NCBI GenBank assembly: GCA_964016885.1
Contig: OZ024742.1
Location: 174,654,001 to 174,718,000, forward strand
DNA from: Eledone cirrhosa
Taxonomy: Eukaryota
Direction of reading: 5' to 3'
Length of the DNA stretch: 64,000 bases
Made by a program: the position numbers and the translations under genes. Shown here in pieces: positions 49,261 through 63,953 of this stretch; within the stretch, counting starts at the first letter, position 1; the number at the start of each line of letters is the position of its first letter. The notes beneath the pieces were generated by a model. The model saw only the letters and a list, made by a program, of their open reading frames with translations. It did not search any database and had not been told where the DNA came from.

Positions 49261-49514
49261 TGGTTTTATAAATATAGTTTCCATTTGTTTAATATCGTAT
49301 ATATATATATGTATGTAATTACAGTATGTATATAAGCACCCAAACACACACACACACACACACATATATTTATATATATATATATATATACACACATATG
49401 TGTGTGTGTTTGTATGTTTGAGTATGCATACGTGCCTCTATATATATATATGTTGGCATGTATAACTATGTATGCATGTGTATGTGTGTTTGTATGTATG
49501 TATTAATGTTTTTG

Positions 49515-49551
<37 letters not shown>

Positions 49552-50861
49552 AACTCTCTCTTCCTGTTTCTCTCTCTCTCTCTATATATATATATATTTA
49601 TCTCCTATGTACTTAATAATCAATGGACCAATCATGCACAAACTTGGCATGTGAGTTTCGTAGACTCAGGAATAGGTTTACTCCACACATGGGCCTATAT
49701 TCATTTGTTTATATGTTAGTTTGTCTGTTTACCAATCTGTGGTAATGATGGTCGTCATGAGTTATCGTCTTCACTAAGATGGAATGTGATTGAAAATAGA
49801 GAATGAAAAAGTGAGCACATGTGAAATTAAAGAGTGGAAAGCTTCAGTATTGAATGTCCTCCTCTCTCTCTCCTGCATAAAAGGAGGTATGACTAAACAA
49901 GTGAGTGAGGCATGTTCAATCAACATAAAGCAACAACACATGCCAGCTTTAATATCAAAATCTGCTATCTCTTCTCTTAACTGCAGTACACTTTGTCATA
50001 CATTCTTCATATTTCTTCCATGTTTGCATGTATGTCGATTCTACTTCATATTTAGGTCGCAAACAAAAATCAAACTCCATACTGTTTGAGTGTGTTGTGT
50101 TTGTATTTTAATGCATGCTAAGGGAAGTGATTCTGAGTAAGTTGTGGTTGCAGTTGGTGGTAGCAGTGACACTGTTGATGTTTCACCACTACCAACGTTA
50201 TCTTTCCAAACTCCAGAAAGCCAGATATAAGTTTGAAAGTAGAGGCAATGAAACTGAGTTCCAGCTTGATCCTGTCAACAAAATCTCTATACTGTTTAAA
50301 TACACAAATCGCTAAATATCAATAAAAAGCCACCGAGGAGTCATGACCTTGATGTGGCCAAGCCATCTTCGAGTGTAAGAATTTAAGGGGCAAAGCACTT
50401 GCTTGAGGAGCTTTCTTTTCTGTATATAGCTCTGTGAGTATATATATGTGTGTATCAGCCTCACATTAAAGTTTTGATTCGTTATTTCATTTATGGAAAC
50501 TCTACTAAAAATAACATTTGTTAAACCTGTAATTTTTTTGGCATATTCATTTCCGTTAGTGTTTGGTTGTTGTTTCCAAAATATAACTGAAATTTAATGC
50601 AGTGAGTCCACGTACAATGAAATTTGACTCAACCTAGATTCATCATTTAGTGAAAAAAATTTAATTTTTTGATAAATAATAGTAACTTTTGAAATTGCAA
50701 ACAAAAGATGCCACCAAAGAATAGACGTTCATTTATAAGAAAATATCATAAAGCTATGGCAAAGCAGCTACAAAGGGAGAATGAAAGTGAAGAGTAAGAC
50801 AAGAAAATAAAGAAAAATAACAACAAAATATAGGCAAAAGGAATCAGAAGATCAAGGATGT

Positions 50862-51570
50862 ATATCATCATCATCATTTTACGTCTGATTTTCCCTGCTT
50901 GCAAAGGTGGGACGGGTCTTATTGAGCACAGCATCTCTCCACTTGTCACGGTCCTTCATCATCTCCACCGTGAGCTTCAGCGATCTGAGGTCTGTTCTCA
51001 CCACCTCCGCCCATGTTTTTCATGGTCTACCTTGACCACGTCTTCTTTCAACTGGCATTTCCTGGCACTTCTTCACCCATCAGTCATCCTCCATGCATAT
51101 CACATGTCCATACCACCTCAGTTTTCTCTCTCACACACTACATTCTATCCCTTTCAGACACAGTTTCTCTCTCAACACATTCATGCTGGGTCATTCACGC
51201 ACATTGACACGGCACATCCAACGAGCATGCTTGCCTCATTTCTCTCCAGCCGTCGCATATCCTCTGCAGTTGCACTACCATGCAGCATCGCTTGCTTCAT
51301 TTCTCTCCAGCCATCACATATCCTCTGCAGTTGCTGCCCATGTCTCACTACCATGCAGCATTGCGCTCCTCACACAGGCATCATATATCCGGCCTTTCGT
51401 ACGCAGGGAGAAATCTTTCTTTGTCAGCAGAGGAAGCAGCTCCCTAAACTTCTTCCAACCCATCCTTATTCTAGATACTATGGCCTCGGAACACCCCCTT
51501 CCCATGCTAATCTGATCTCCTAGGTACCGGAAGCTATCCACCACTTCTATAGCACCCGCCTGCATTTGAA
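50862..51570 (-). mobile_element. RTE LINE 3' fragment, second family, with internal ~60-bp duplication
   Basis: VDSFRYLGD, WKKFRELLPLL, YDACVRSAMLHGSETW; (GAT)n tail. Confidence 0.85.
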
Positions 51571-54500
51571 AAATGTGTCTATCAATGCGACTTCTACTGT
51601 ATGTATATGTTAATACACATATGTGTATGTATGTGTGTATATATATATACATACATATGTGTATTTATACAAGGATGTTGTGAGTAATGATTTCAACCAA
51701 GGATTTTGCATACATGATTTGGAGGAATCTTCAGTTGTGTCAAACATGTGACAACTTCCCTGTTGCTGTTACTAATATAAATTCACTTGGTTCACTCTGT
51801 ACAGTGTGAAAATATATGTGAGGTGCCCCCCACCCCACCCATCTGTGAGAGCAGTAGTACCAATTATACACTGACCTTGCCTGCGATGATTCATTCAACC
51901 TTTCCTAGTATGGAAAACATGTTAAATGGTCATGATGCTGGAGTCAGTCTAAGTTTCACTTTCTACCTGCTTCTGTTAATTATAGTTCTCCTGACTTTAA
52001 GAAAGGAAATTATAACTGGGTGGCCATACAAATTTCTATATACCAATAATATTATCATCATACCTGAATAGAAGTGAGGGAGGGTTTTTATAGTTTATCA
52101 AAAGTAGCTCTACATTATATTGTTAGTGAATTATGAAAGGACAATGTTAGGCCAGTCACATTCTATCATTGAAACGATCATTAAAGTTTTTCCTCTTGGT
52201 TATTATGTATGTGGTCGTCTGAGCCATATTAACCCATGCCTGGCCACATGTGTTTTGGTCTTCAGTCTTTCACCTTATTACAACAGAAAACAACATTCAT
52301 AGAGTTCTAGGTTTTGAAATAATAGAGCTCTGGTGATCGTGAGAAAGGTAGAATATAAACGTGCTTAGGAGGAGTTTTGCATATGTCTAATTGGAAGCAA
52401 AATGAGCAGTAAACATTGTGGAGTTTTCAGCTAAAGTATTACTTAACCTTATTTATAAGGAAAGACATTTATGTTTGATTATTAAATCATTTGGAAAATA
52501 ATCAAGAATTCAGAGAGGTTTAGTAATATAACTAACTTTTTCCTTATCAAGTTAGTGTTTGGAACTTAACAATGGTTATTATATAGAATTATGATGGAAG
52601 GTTTTTGGATAAATAAATACACTTCCCGCAAAGAGTTATATCATAGAATTGGGGGTAGTTTTGGGCAGTTTGGTATCAAAATGTTTAAAGAGTATTTGTT
52701 CAGTCTCTCTACATCATGTCAGGTTTATCTTTCATCCTTTCAGAATTGATAATATATCAGGTGTGATGGACTGGCAGAACCATTAAAGAGCCAAATGGCA
52801 TGCATTTCATTATCTCCTGCAACTTTATACATTCTGAGTTGAAATCCTGCCTCCTTGAACCAAGAGTTGCAAACAACAGATAATATCAGTAACAGAAAAC
52901 AAGTCTAAATATAGTTTCCTTGGTCCAATCTAGTATAGAACCAAATGTAAATGAATTGCTATTAATGAGAATAAAATGTGGATAGGAAACATATATGAAA
53001 TGATCAATTTTAAGAAACAAACAATCCTTATATAACAGATGTTTTTTGACTTGGAAACTCATATCATCATCATCATCGTTTTTATGTCTATTTTTCCATG
53101 TTTGCATGTGTTGGACCAGATGAGAATCTTATTCTCCATGCTTTCCATATTCTTGGCATGGTTCTTTCTTGCAGGATGCCCCTCCTATCACCTACCACTT
53201 TACAGCATGAACTGGGTGCATTATTGTTGCTACCAGTATGAGAGAGGTTGTTTTACTGGACACAAAAGTCCTCTACCCTGCATCAGTTCTTATTTGGAGT
53301 GTTTACTCCTTTATATGAGTTGCTGGCTTGCCTTCACTAGAGCTTACATAGCTCACATCTGTCCTTTTATATATACAATTCTTCAACTACTGAGTGCCTT
53401 TTGTTATGGCACCAACTTTAGGCAAGTTGCCATGTCCTTGACACTGCTGAAGAGTCCTTGCAACCACTTTTCAGTATCTACTGGGTGCATTGTGTATTAG
53501 TTGTGCCCTGCAAACAAGATGGGAAACATGTTGACAGAGAGAACAGCCAGTGGTACCAGTTGCATCAGACACTCTACCTTGTGGAGAAAACTCTATATGT
53601 TGGTTGAACAGTATGCCCCAGCTGTGCTCTTCAGGTAAGTTGGTGAAAGTGATACCCACTGCAGAGCCATTCCACCTTCCAGGGTTTCTTTCTCAGGGGA
53701 GATGCTCTCTTCTTCATTTTGTGGAGATAAATGGCTCTCCGGGGGGTCCAAGGATATGTATTGTTTCCTATTTCATTGCAGAAGTAAAATAGAACAAAAT
53801 AAACAAACTATTTTTCATTTCCATTTTCAGCACTCTTTATAAATTCAAGATAAAATATTTGCAAATGTTCTTAAAAGAAATTTTCATTGTTTTATTTATT
53901 TATTTTCTTTTGGGTTTTAAGCACCTATTCTTCCATAACGTTTAGTTTAGAGGGTTTAAATTCATTAATAAATTAAAAAAATATTTTAAAGGAACCAAAA
54001 AAATGTTCTATTCACATGAATATTTCTATTGAATAAGAAAATAATTAAACTTTACATAGAAAAAATTTATTTTAGAAAGCAATGTTTACTTTGCTTCAGA
54101 GAAATTTACTATGAAAAACAAGGTTTATTTAACTTCTGAGAATGCACATTAAATGAATAGCCACTATAGAAAGTGAAAACGTGGTGTTGTAGCCCTATAC
54201 GTTTCTTTTTTGCTGGAAAGATTTTATGATGTACTGCATCATGTTTGCACTTTGTTCAAATTTTCAAAGTTCTTTCACTATTCGTATATATTTTTTTACC
54301 AGGCTGGGCACTACCCTTGAGGGATTTGGTTGATCATATTCACACAAGTACTTCTTTTTCAAGTTTGGTTCTTAGTTTATCAATCTCTTTTTATCAAACC
54401 ACTATATTACAGGACATAAAGAAGCAATAAATGTAAACACAGACATGTGCACATACAGACATAAATATATTTATATTAGGCTTCAGCAAACTTTACTTGC

Positions 54501-56495
54501 AAGGCATTGGTTAACTCAAATCTTTAGTAGTCACTTGCCTAAAACACCATGTGGTAGGACTGAACCCAAAACGTTATGGTTGTGAAGCAAACTCCTTAAT
54601 CACACAATGATGCCAACACCTATTAAGATGAATGTAAATTACTGAAAGAGTACTTCAATATTATGGAGTATCCAGCTATAGCTTGGAATGTTTTAAAGAC
54701 TAGATTTATGTTTTCTATGGGGTTAACATAAATTCTTTAAATAGTAAAAAGGACATTTCTTCTAAGGAGTAGCAATTCTGAGTAAACACTTGCATAGAGA
54801 AGACATGGATTCTGTAGGCCATAGTGAAGGAAACCTGCCTAAAAAATACATAACTCTGAATAAAACCTGGTATATAGTCAAATAGACATGTAACTCCAGA
54901 GAGCTAACTTCTATAATCAGGGATGTAAAGAAGTTCATGTAAGGGAGGACATCTCACCAATAAATCTCTGCCAAAACTATGGAAAGTACAACTTATTTTA
55001 TATCACACGTTATAAATCTACGAAAGATTCTACTTATTAACTGAATCGCTGTAACAATGATTGCATTGGATTTGTTGTTCATCTGTTACATGAACATTAC
55101 ACTCTCACGATCATTTTACAATTTGCATTTATAACTCAAATGTACAAGAAGAAATGAGTAGGACGAGGAAAATGTCCTAAAATGCATATTATGTCAAAGG
55201 TGTTGTCTACCTGTCTCCCTGTTTCTCTCTCTCTCCCTCTCTCCCTTCCTCTATCCCTCCCTCTCTCCCTCTCTGCTGGAGGAAGTGAACTGATTCACTT
55301 CCACTGGCATAAGTTGAAAAAGTTGGTCCTCCAGGTCAAAAAACAAAGGTTCTTGGTATGGCTCCATTGTAGTAACTCCATAATAATTATATATCGTCAT
55401 CATCAATTAATGTCTGCTTTCTCTGCTAGCAAGGGTTGGACAGGTTCAAAGGCCAAATCAGTACTGAAACCAAGCCACTGATTTCCCTGACAAACTGAGG
55501 ATGTCTGTATCCCACATACATATGGTCATTATCAAGTGCAGGGGAGAAGTTGTTGTCTTTTGACACAAACTGAACTGTCATCTGAACCCCAATTTTGGCA
55601 TGCTTTCTACGGCTGGATGCCCTTTCTAACATCCATTACTTTACAGCATGTATTGGGTACTTTTATTGTGTTTTTATATATTTTTTTTGCAAGATTCTTA
55701 ATAAGAAATTATGTCTAGGTGTATTCAAGTAGATATTGTTATACTTAGGGAGAGTGATGCTGCTAATAAAAACACATGCTCTAGTTCCAGTTACGTTTTA
55801 TTACTAGTTAGACAGTTAATCCTCAGTTAACTTAGATGGTTTTCTTAGCCTTACACACACGACCACCAAACGACTGACCTATGCCCTCAGAAACCAAAAC
55901 CTAGATAATGTTTTGTTGTGGGAAGCTCTAGGCACTGGAGTGTCTGAAAAGAGGACAGTTGAAAAGGCCATTTGTGTAATGTTACTGGGCAACTTAATTC
56001 TTATATATAAAAGAGGTTTTCAACCTATGTTTGATTTTTGACTTTACAAATGTCATATTCTACTTTTTGACTCAGCATGATATGATCTGCTTACTAAATC
56101 TGCAACAGATTGTGTCTTTTGCCTCAGACATCCACACTCACAAGCCAAACCTGCTGGTATTGGCAATAGCTTAGTTTGTTACAGAGGTAAGTAAAAGTTA
56201 CTATTTATTTACATACATAACATATTGCATCTTTTTCTATTGTTCATTGCTGCACATAATTTTGATGTAAATCGCGTTATAAATTAGCTGTGATGAGTTC
56301 ATTTGTTAATTCTCATCCATGTTATTTGGGAAAATCATTTTCCACATTGTAATGTCACTTCACAGCACAACGAATTAGTACAACTACTTGTTTTCTCAAA
56401 CATGACAAAATTATTCTCGATTCCCTGAGACATACTTTTTTTACTCACTTGCCATCATCTTTACTCCACTAAATATGTATGTATGTAAGTACATG

Positions 56496-57071
<576 letters not shown>

Positions 57072-60000
57072 ATTATTTTCTTTGATTTTTCTCTTGATTT
57101 CACTTGGGCTGTGTAATTTGTAGAATGGGAATATTATAAATATTCCCTGACCACATGTTGCTAGATGGTTACTTAGGGGTATCTGACGGACATTTGGGGT
57201 CTCTGATTTGCTGTCGGTGTACCCGTGCACGTTTCGGTAGTGCATTTCCAGTTTGACCGACATATAGTTCTTCACAATTCGGGCATTTAATGCAGTAAAT
57301 TAGATTTCTGCTTTTGCAGTTCATATTTGCATTTGGGAATATTTTTCCAGTTTTTGTTTTCATATATTGACCGGCGTGTATGGATTGACATGTGCCACAT
57401 CGACTATCATTGCATTTAGATACAGTGAATGGTTGTTCTTTGTTGTTAAGGTCAAACTTTGGTTTCGTTAGTAATTGCTTCAAATTTTTCGGCTGTCTAT
57501 TACTAAGAGTAAAAGATCAATCTGTGATTAAGCCTTTTAATTCATTACTTTGAGCAATGGTCGGTAGGTTTGCTTTGGCAGTGTTGAAGATATTCTGGTA
57601 ACATGGGTTGTGTGTCATTATAAATGGTATGACCAGTACTTGGTTTCTTCTTCCTTGGGTTGTCCTAAGTTGTTGTATAGGTATTTTTATAGCCTGCTGT
57701 ATGTCATTTTCTATAAGTAGAGATGGGTATTTTTGTTTGAGCAAAAATTCTCTCAGTTCTATTAGGCGTTTGTACCTGGTATTCGTATCTTCTACAATGG
57801 TACAAATTCTTCTGGCTAGGCAGTATGGGATGTTGAGTTTTGTATGAGGTGGATGGCACGACTTAAAATTCAGATATTGATGGGTGTCTGTGTGTTTATA
57901 ATATATATCCGTGGTAATGGTAGTGTCGTTTTTGATTATCATTATATCTAGGAATGGTAATGTAGTCCTACTCATCTCTTTTGTGAATTGGAGAGATGGG
58001 TGTAGGCTATTCAGGAGGATATTGAACTCATCCAGAGTATCTAGAGATTCTGTCCAGATATAACAGTCGGCAAGATTTTTCAATGTACTTTCTAAAGTCA
58101 GTACTATATGTTTCCTCTATTTCTTGGTAGAGTTGTTGTTCTAAGTATGCCATTAGAGTTCGCGTAAACGGGAGCAAACTTCGTTCCCATCGCTGTGCCT
58201 CTAATTTGGATGTAATTATTTCCATTGAAGAAGAAAGTGTTGTTTTCCAGAATAAGTTTAACTGCGTCTAATATAAATGGCGCTGTGAATCTGATGGGAA
58301 TCACTTCTCTATGTTTTTCCACCCAGTATTTAACCGCCTTTATTCCTAAATCATGTGTAATGTTGGTGTAAAGGCTTACCACATCAAAACTAAGTAGAAG
58401 TGAATTCGTTTCCGTGGTTTTGGGAAGATGGGACAGGAAGTCGATATCATCCCGGATGAAACTGGGTATGTGAATACATAGTGGTTTCAAAATAATGTCA
58501 ACAAAATTGCTTAGACGGTGGGTGGGGCATGTTGGACCAGCTATAATAGGTCTAAGTTTGAAGTCTTTTGGGTGTAGTAATTTAATGCACTCACTGTTTT
58601 GTTCTCTTACTGCCAGTTGTATTTCTTTTGACTTATGAACTTTCGGTAGGCCATACAGGTAGCTGGGTTTTGGCTCAAAATTGGTGATGTAGTTTCTTTC
58701 CTTATCAGTAAGTGAGTTGTGGTATTTTGAAGACAGGTTGTTGATCTTCTTCATGATGTTGTGGTCTATATTTGACGGTATTTCATGATAGAATGTTGTG
58801 TCTTTCAGTTGTTCCTCAACCAAATCCTTGTAGTATTCAGCATCCATTATAACAACTGCCCACCCCCTTTTCCATTATCTGCTTATTTAATTATTATTGT
58901 TTTATCATTTTGTATACGTTTAAGTGCAGACATTTCTGATTTGTTAATGTTTGGCCTCACATTAGTATTACGTCTAAGAGGAAATTTAGACAGGATGTCA
59001 ATATATTTGGCGGAGTGAAATTTGATTTATTCTTTACTAGTCATTCATCACTCTCATTACTTTTATCAGCGAAGAATTCTACAAGACGTAATTTTCGACA
59101 GAATTCTTGGATATCTTCCTTCAGTTTTTGGTGGTTGACTGTTGGAGTCGGTGTGAATTTCAGTCCTTTTGACAGAAATTGCATTTCATCATTGTCAAGA
59201 TCTGTTTTGGATAAATTAATTATTTTAGGATCTACGTGTACAGTTGTTTTGGATATGTTTCCTCCTGGAGTTTTTCTTTTTCCGGTTTTTGTTGTCTTGA
59301 CGTTAAAAAATGAATTTTTCTCTGTTCAGGATTTATATTCCTGTTGTTGTTTGCTTGATGAACTTTTGGTCGTGATATTATATTTGGTTTCGTTATGTAT
59401 TTTGTCCTATTTTTGGTATTATGTATATTATTTTTCCATTTCTTGTTAGCATTATTTTTAACAATCTGGGGAAATGACCTAGGTTTACTTTCAGGTTTAG
59501 ATCGTTTTTTTCGCCCAGTTTCTTGTGGGTAATCTCTGTTGAGATCTTGAGAGTGATCTCCTGGTTTTACTACTTCTCATGGTCTGGTCAAAGGAATATC
59601 TATCGTGTTTGTGCTTTTTGTTCATGTCGTGTGCGATAAGGTTATTACTGTAGTTCTTCTTTGATTCGAGGTAAGGTGAGTGTTTGTGTTGGAACGTGTT
59701 CTGGCGTATGTTGTGTTGGTGAGATTGTCCACTTTTAATGCTTTCTCTCAGGGTTCCAGAGTCTTTACCGTAATTTTCAGCATATTCGTCGAGAAATAAT
59801 TGTTTCTGCTGCCATACCTTTCTTGATTTGTTTTCTTCTTTTGAGATATCTCTGATCCATAGTTCTTGTAGTTTTTCAGCTATAATACCAGTCGTTAGCT
59901 TTGAAATTTCAACTCCAATTTGGTCATCGATAGCTTCATATTTGGCTTTGTAGCGGGATTGTTTACATTGAGAAATGGAGATGTCGGTCCTGAATTTTGT

Positions 60001-60496
60001 CAATGTAAGTTCCCATCAGAGTTTTGTGTCTTCTTCTTGTTCTCCTGCAATTTCTGTAATTAGATATTTACGAGGGAGTATGGGTGCCGTTAGAGAGAGC
60101 GATTTCGAATGTGTTTCGACATATTTTTCGCATTTGTATTCTTTCCAGAATTTTTGTTTTCTTATGTTAAGAAATTTGTTCCATGTCTTCCACATTTCTT
60201 TTCTTATTCGATGTGTTTTGTTTTCCAAATTTCTTTCGTTTAGTTCTGACATCCAAGGGGGTTGTGGTACGCTTTCTCTTGTATCTTTGATAACTGTTGG
60301 TATAATTTCAGCTAAATTCTTAATTTCAGAGTTTATATGTTCAGTTATAAGTTTTCCGTCTGTAGATTGTTTTTTCTATTTCCTTTAAAATATAGGATTG
60401 TGTGTCAATCATCGTGATAAGTGTTGATAATTTCGATGATATCTCCTTTAGAATTCTTTCTGATTCTGTTGATTTCATTTGTTGCTTTCCAGACAT
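57072..60496 (-). pseudogene. Penelope-like element ORF (RT + GIY-YIG endonuclease), frameshifted, C-terminus truncated
   Basis: LYGLPKVHK, RPII, SFDVVSLYTNI, YIQIRGTAMGT, LPFLDI, YYKHT, C..SRCGTC, NLIYCIKCPNCEELYVGQT; likely ATG at 60496. Confidence 0.9.
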
Positions 60497-60757
60497 GTTG
60501 GCATATACATAATAGGAATCTATATATAGATAGATAAATATACACGGGTGTGTATGATTGTGTATAGAAGATTATATTAATAAAAGGAATCCCAACTTTG
60601 TCTCATTTACTCGTTTTATTTACAATCCTTTAAAATGTATAATGGTATTAGAATGAAATAGTATGGTAGAATATTAAATGTTAAGTGTTAATTGAACAAG
60701 TATTTTCATGCTTTCGCAATTTCAGGATCATAATGTGTGGTGACAGTCAAGTTTACA

Positions 60758-60790
<33 letters not shown>

Positions 60791-60825
60791 TATATAGTTA
60801 TGTAATAAACAACATAAGGCAATTA

Positions 60826-60885
60826 TTCCATTTACCAGTGATTTCTTAAAAGCAAAAAGTTTTGCTGTCAATCATCAGAATGAAA
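60826..60885 (-). ncRNA. Type I hammerhead ribozyme
   Basis: Minus strand TTTCATT-CTGATGA-TTGACAGCAAAACTTTTTGCTTTTAA-GAAA-TCACTGG-TA-AATGGAA: 7-bp stem I, long stem II, short stem III, GUA site. Confidence 0.8.
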
Positions 60886-60923
60886 AAATCCTGGTCTGTT
60901 TATTGAATTTGGATTTTAAAAAC

Positions 60924-61000
<77 letters not shown>

Positions 61001-61002
<2 letters not shown>

Positions 61003-62416
61003 CCCCCTACTATTTATTATTGTCCTTCAGGCTATAACAGTGGAGTTCAAGACCGGCTGCCCATGGGAACTCCTGTACGCAGATGATCTAACGCTCATAG
61101 CTGAATCAATGGCCGAACGAGAGAAGAAATTCCAAACATGGAAGCATGGCCTCGAATCAAAAGGCCTTAAAATTGACCTGTTTAAGACTAAACTTCTAGT
61201 TTGTAGGAAGGAAAGTAGGGCGCCGGTCCCATCCGGGAAATGGCCAGCTCAGTGTGTAGGAAAGGAGTAGGTAGAAACTCAATTTGATGTCCCAAATGCA
61301 AAGTATGGGTGCATAAAAGATGTAGTGGGATCACAGGTAAGCTAACTAAGAACATACATTTTATATGTGGCCGGTGCTCTGGTGCAATAAGTTGCAGCAA
61401 GTGCCCACTAAATACTAGCTCATTCCATTGCACAGATGGTTCTATAGAAATAGTGGACACCTTCCGTTACCTGGGTGACAAAATCAGCAGTGCGGGAGGG
61501 TGCTCTGAAAGTACAGTAGCTAGAGTCAGAACTGGATGGAAAAAGTTCAGAGAGCTTATAACACTATTAGCCGCTAAAGTGTCCTCCCTAAACATGAAAG
61601 GCAGGCTGTATGATGCCTGCATACGAACAGCAATGTTGCAAGGCAGTGAGACCTGGGCATTGTGTGCAGAGGATATATGCAGACTGGAGAGGAACGAAGC
61701 TTGCATGCTCCGCTGGATGTGTAATAGTAATATACGTGAACGGCAAAGCATAAACGAACTAAGGGAAAAATTAGAAATAAGAGGTATCAGATGTTGTGTA
61801 CTCGAGAGAAGACTACGTTGGTAGGGTCACGTGATGCGCATGAAGGACGACAGCTGTATAAAAAAGTGCAGGGCAATAACAATAGAGGGTAGCCACGGAG
61901 TAGGCAGACCCAGAAAAACCTGGCACGACTTGATAAATTCCGACCTCACACAGTTACACCTCCCCAAGAAAATGTCACTGGACCGAGATCTTTGGAGCTA
62001 CACAGTAATAGAGAAGACCCGCCTTACCTAAGTACAAAGTGAAACCTACTACAGTCAGTAGGCACCTCGTACAAAATACGCCCCCGTCCCACTACCCCCA
62101 CCCCATCCACACCACCTATTTCAATGTAAATTATGTTGGTACCACAACATCCAGCCCGAAACAAATGAGGTCGCGTAGGTGTCACGACAAAAAAACACAC
62201 AGTCCACGCTGTAATGTGGCCGTGTAGGTAACACGGTAAAAACCTATTTCCAAATTGTAAATATGGTTGGTGTTAGGAAGGGCATCCAGCCGTAGAAAAC
62301 CCGCCAGACAGTCCTATGCGAGCAAGACAACCACTCTTGCCTCAAGTGGGAAAGCTCCCGTCCAAACCCATGCAAGCGTAGAAAATGGACGTTAAACGAT
62401 GATGATGATGCTGATG

Positions 62417-62421
<5 letters not shown>
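61001..62421 (+). mobile_element. 5'-truncated RTE LINE (same family as 22110-25800) inserted in (TA)n
   Basis: ELLYADDL, FRYLGD, GSETW; 3'UTR and (GAT)n tail. Confidence 0.9.
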
Positions 62422-62448
<27 letters not shown>

Positions 62449-62449
<1 letters not shown>

Positions 62450-63660
62450 CCCAACTTGTAGAAAACTTATAATGAAACAATTGTTTGGAAAGAGAGATAT
62501 ATTTTAACTTTAATTATATCTCATATAAAATAATACAACTGGCTTTCCACAAAATACATATAGTTAGCACCCCAAACACTTAAATTGGGTTTATACTAAC
62601 GTATAACCTAATGTTTGTTGAGTGAGATGGTTACCAGTCGGAGTTTAGCTTAAAGCTATCTCTGTTATTGTATTAAATATTTTACTCTTGATTTGGCCAG
62701 AGATTTTATTTCCAGGTACCTTATAAACTTGACTTTCCGTATTTATTGCTGTTATGAGATATTGTTTTTTTTTTTGGGGGGGGGGTATACGTTCTCTGTT
62801 TTTAGCCTCAGAAAATATCTATATGCGTACATTTATTTATTTTTTAAATTAATTGAGTTCTTAACACGCGAAATTAATATTGGTTCTGAAATAACTAATT
62901 AACTCGCGTGTATTAAATATTTTACTCTTAATTTGGCCAGAGATTTACATTCCCAAACGCCTTTAAAGCGTAACTTTCCGTATTTATTACAGTTGTGAAG
63001 TGTGGTTGGTTTTTAGGTATTCACTTCTCTGTTTTTAGCCTAAGAAAATATCTATCTGCGTGTGTAATTAATACACGCATACATTTATTTTTTTAAAATT
63101 AATTGAGTTCTTAACACGTTGGATTGATAATGTTTTTGAAAAAACTAATTAACCCAAGTGTATATTATTTTATTTTTCTCGTGACTAGTGGTTGTCTCCC
63201 TTTTCCACTTCGTGACGCTATGATACTTCCTCAGTCAAAAGACTGCTGGAATTTCAAATTTGGCGGTCATTCGATGCGTGAAGGGACAACTTAACAGACA
63301 CGAAAATTAACTGCGGTAAGAAATGTTTTCTTATATCAAAGTTTAATGGGCTTCCACTGAAGATTTATAAGTGCCCACCTAAATATATTCTTACATGAAA
63401 ATGTGAGGCTTCTACATAAACTGGAAACATTCTCCCAACTTGTAGAAAACTTATAATGAAACAATTGTTTGGAAAGAGAGATATATTTTAACTTTAATTA
63501 TATCTCATATAAAATAATACAACTGGCTTTCCACAAAATACATATAGTTAGCACCCCAAACACTTAAATTGGGTTTATACTAACGTATAACCTAATGTTT
63601 GTTGAGTGAGATGGTTACCTGTCGGAGTTTAGCTTAAAGCTATCTCTGTTATTGTATTAA

Positions 63661-63664
<4 letters not shown>
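62449..63664. mobile_element. Unclassified element with 232-bp near-identical terminal direct repeats, in (TA)n
   Basis: 62449-62680 equals 63433-63664 except one visible mismatch; internal diverged ~240-bp tandem (62670-62909 / 62910-63163). Confidence 0.7.
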
Positions 63665-63950
<286 letters not shown>

Positions 63951-63953
63951 TTT

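Larger units (their letters stand above)
48932..49302. repeat. Perfect palindrome, 179-bp arms, 13-bp spacer (Penelope-like inverted pLTR pair)
   Basis: 48932-49110 is the reverse complement of 49124-49302; spacer CTACCAAACCAGC. Confidence 0.95.
57072..60925 (-). mobile_element. Penelope-like retroelement, probably including an upstream hammerhead-bearing segment
   Basis: ORF above; (TA)n flanks; hammerhead in the same orientation about 330 bp upstream of the ATG. Confidence 0.75.

Noticed and set aside
60690-60732. Hammerhead-like CTGAAAT-TGCGAAAGCA-TGAAA on minus
   Set aside because: Core G8/A9 missing and stem I does not pair
63315-63432. CTGAAGA...GAAACATT as a hammerhead
   Set aside because: No stem I and poor stem II closure
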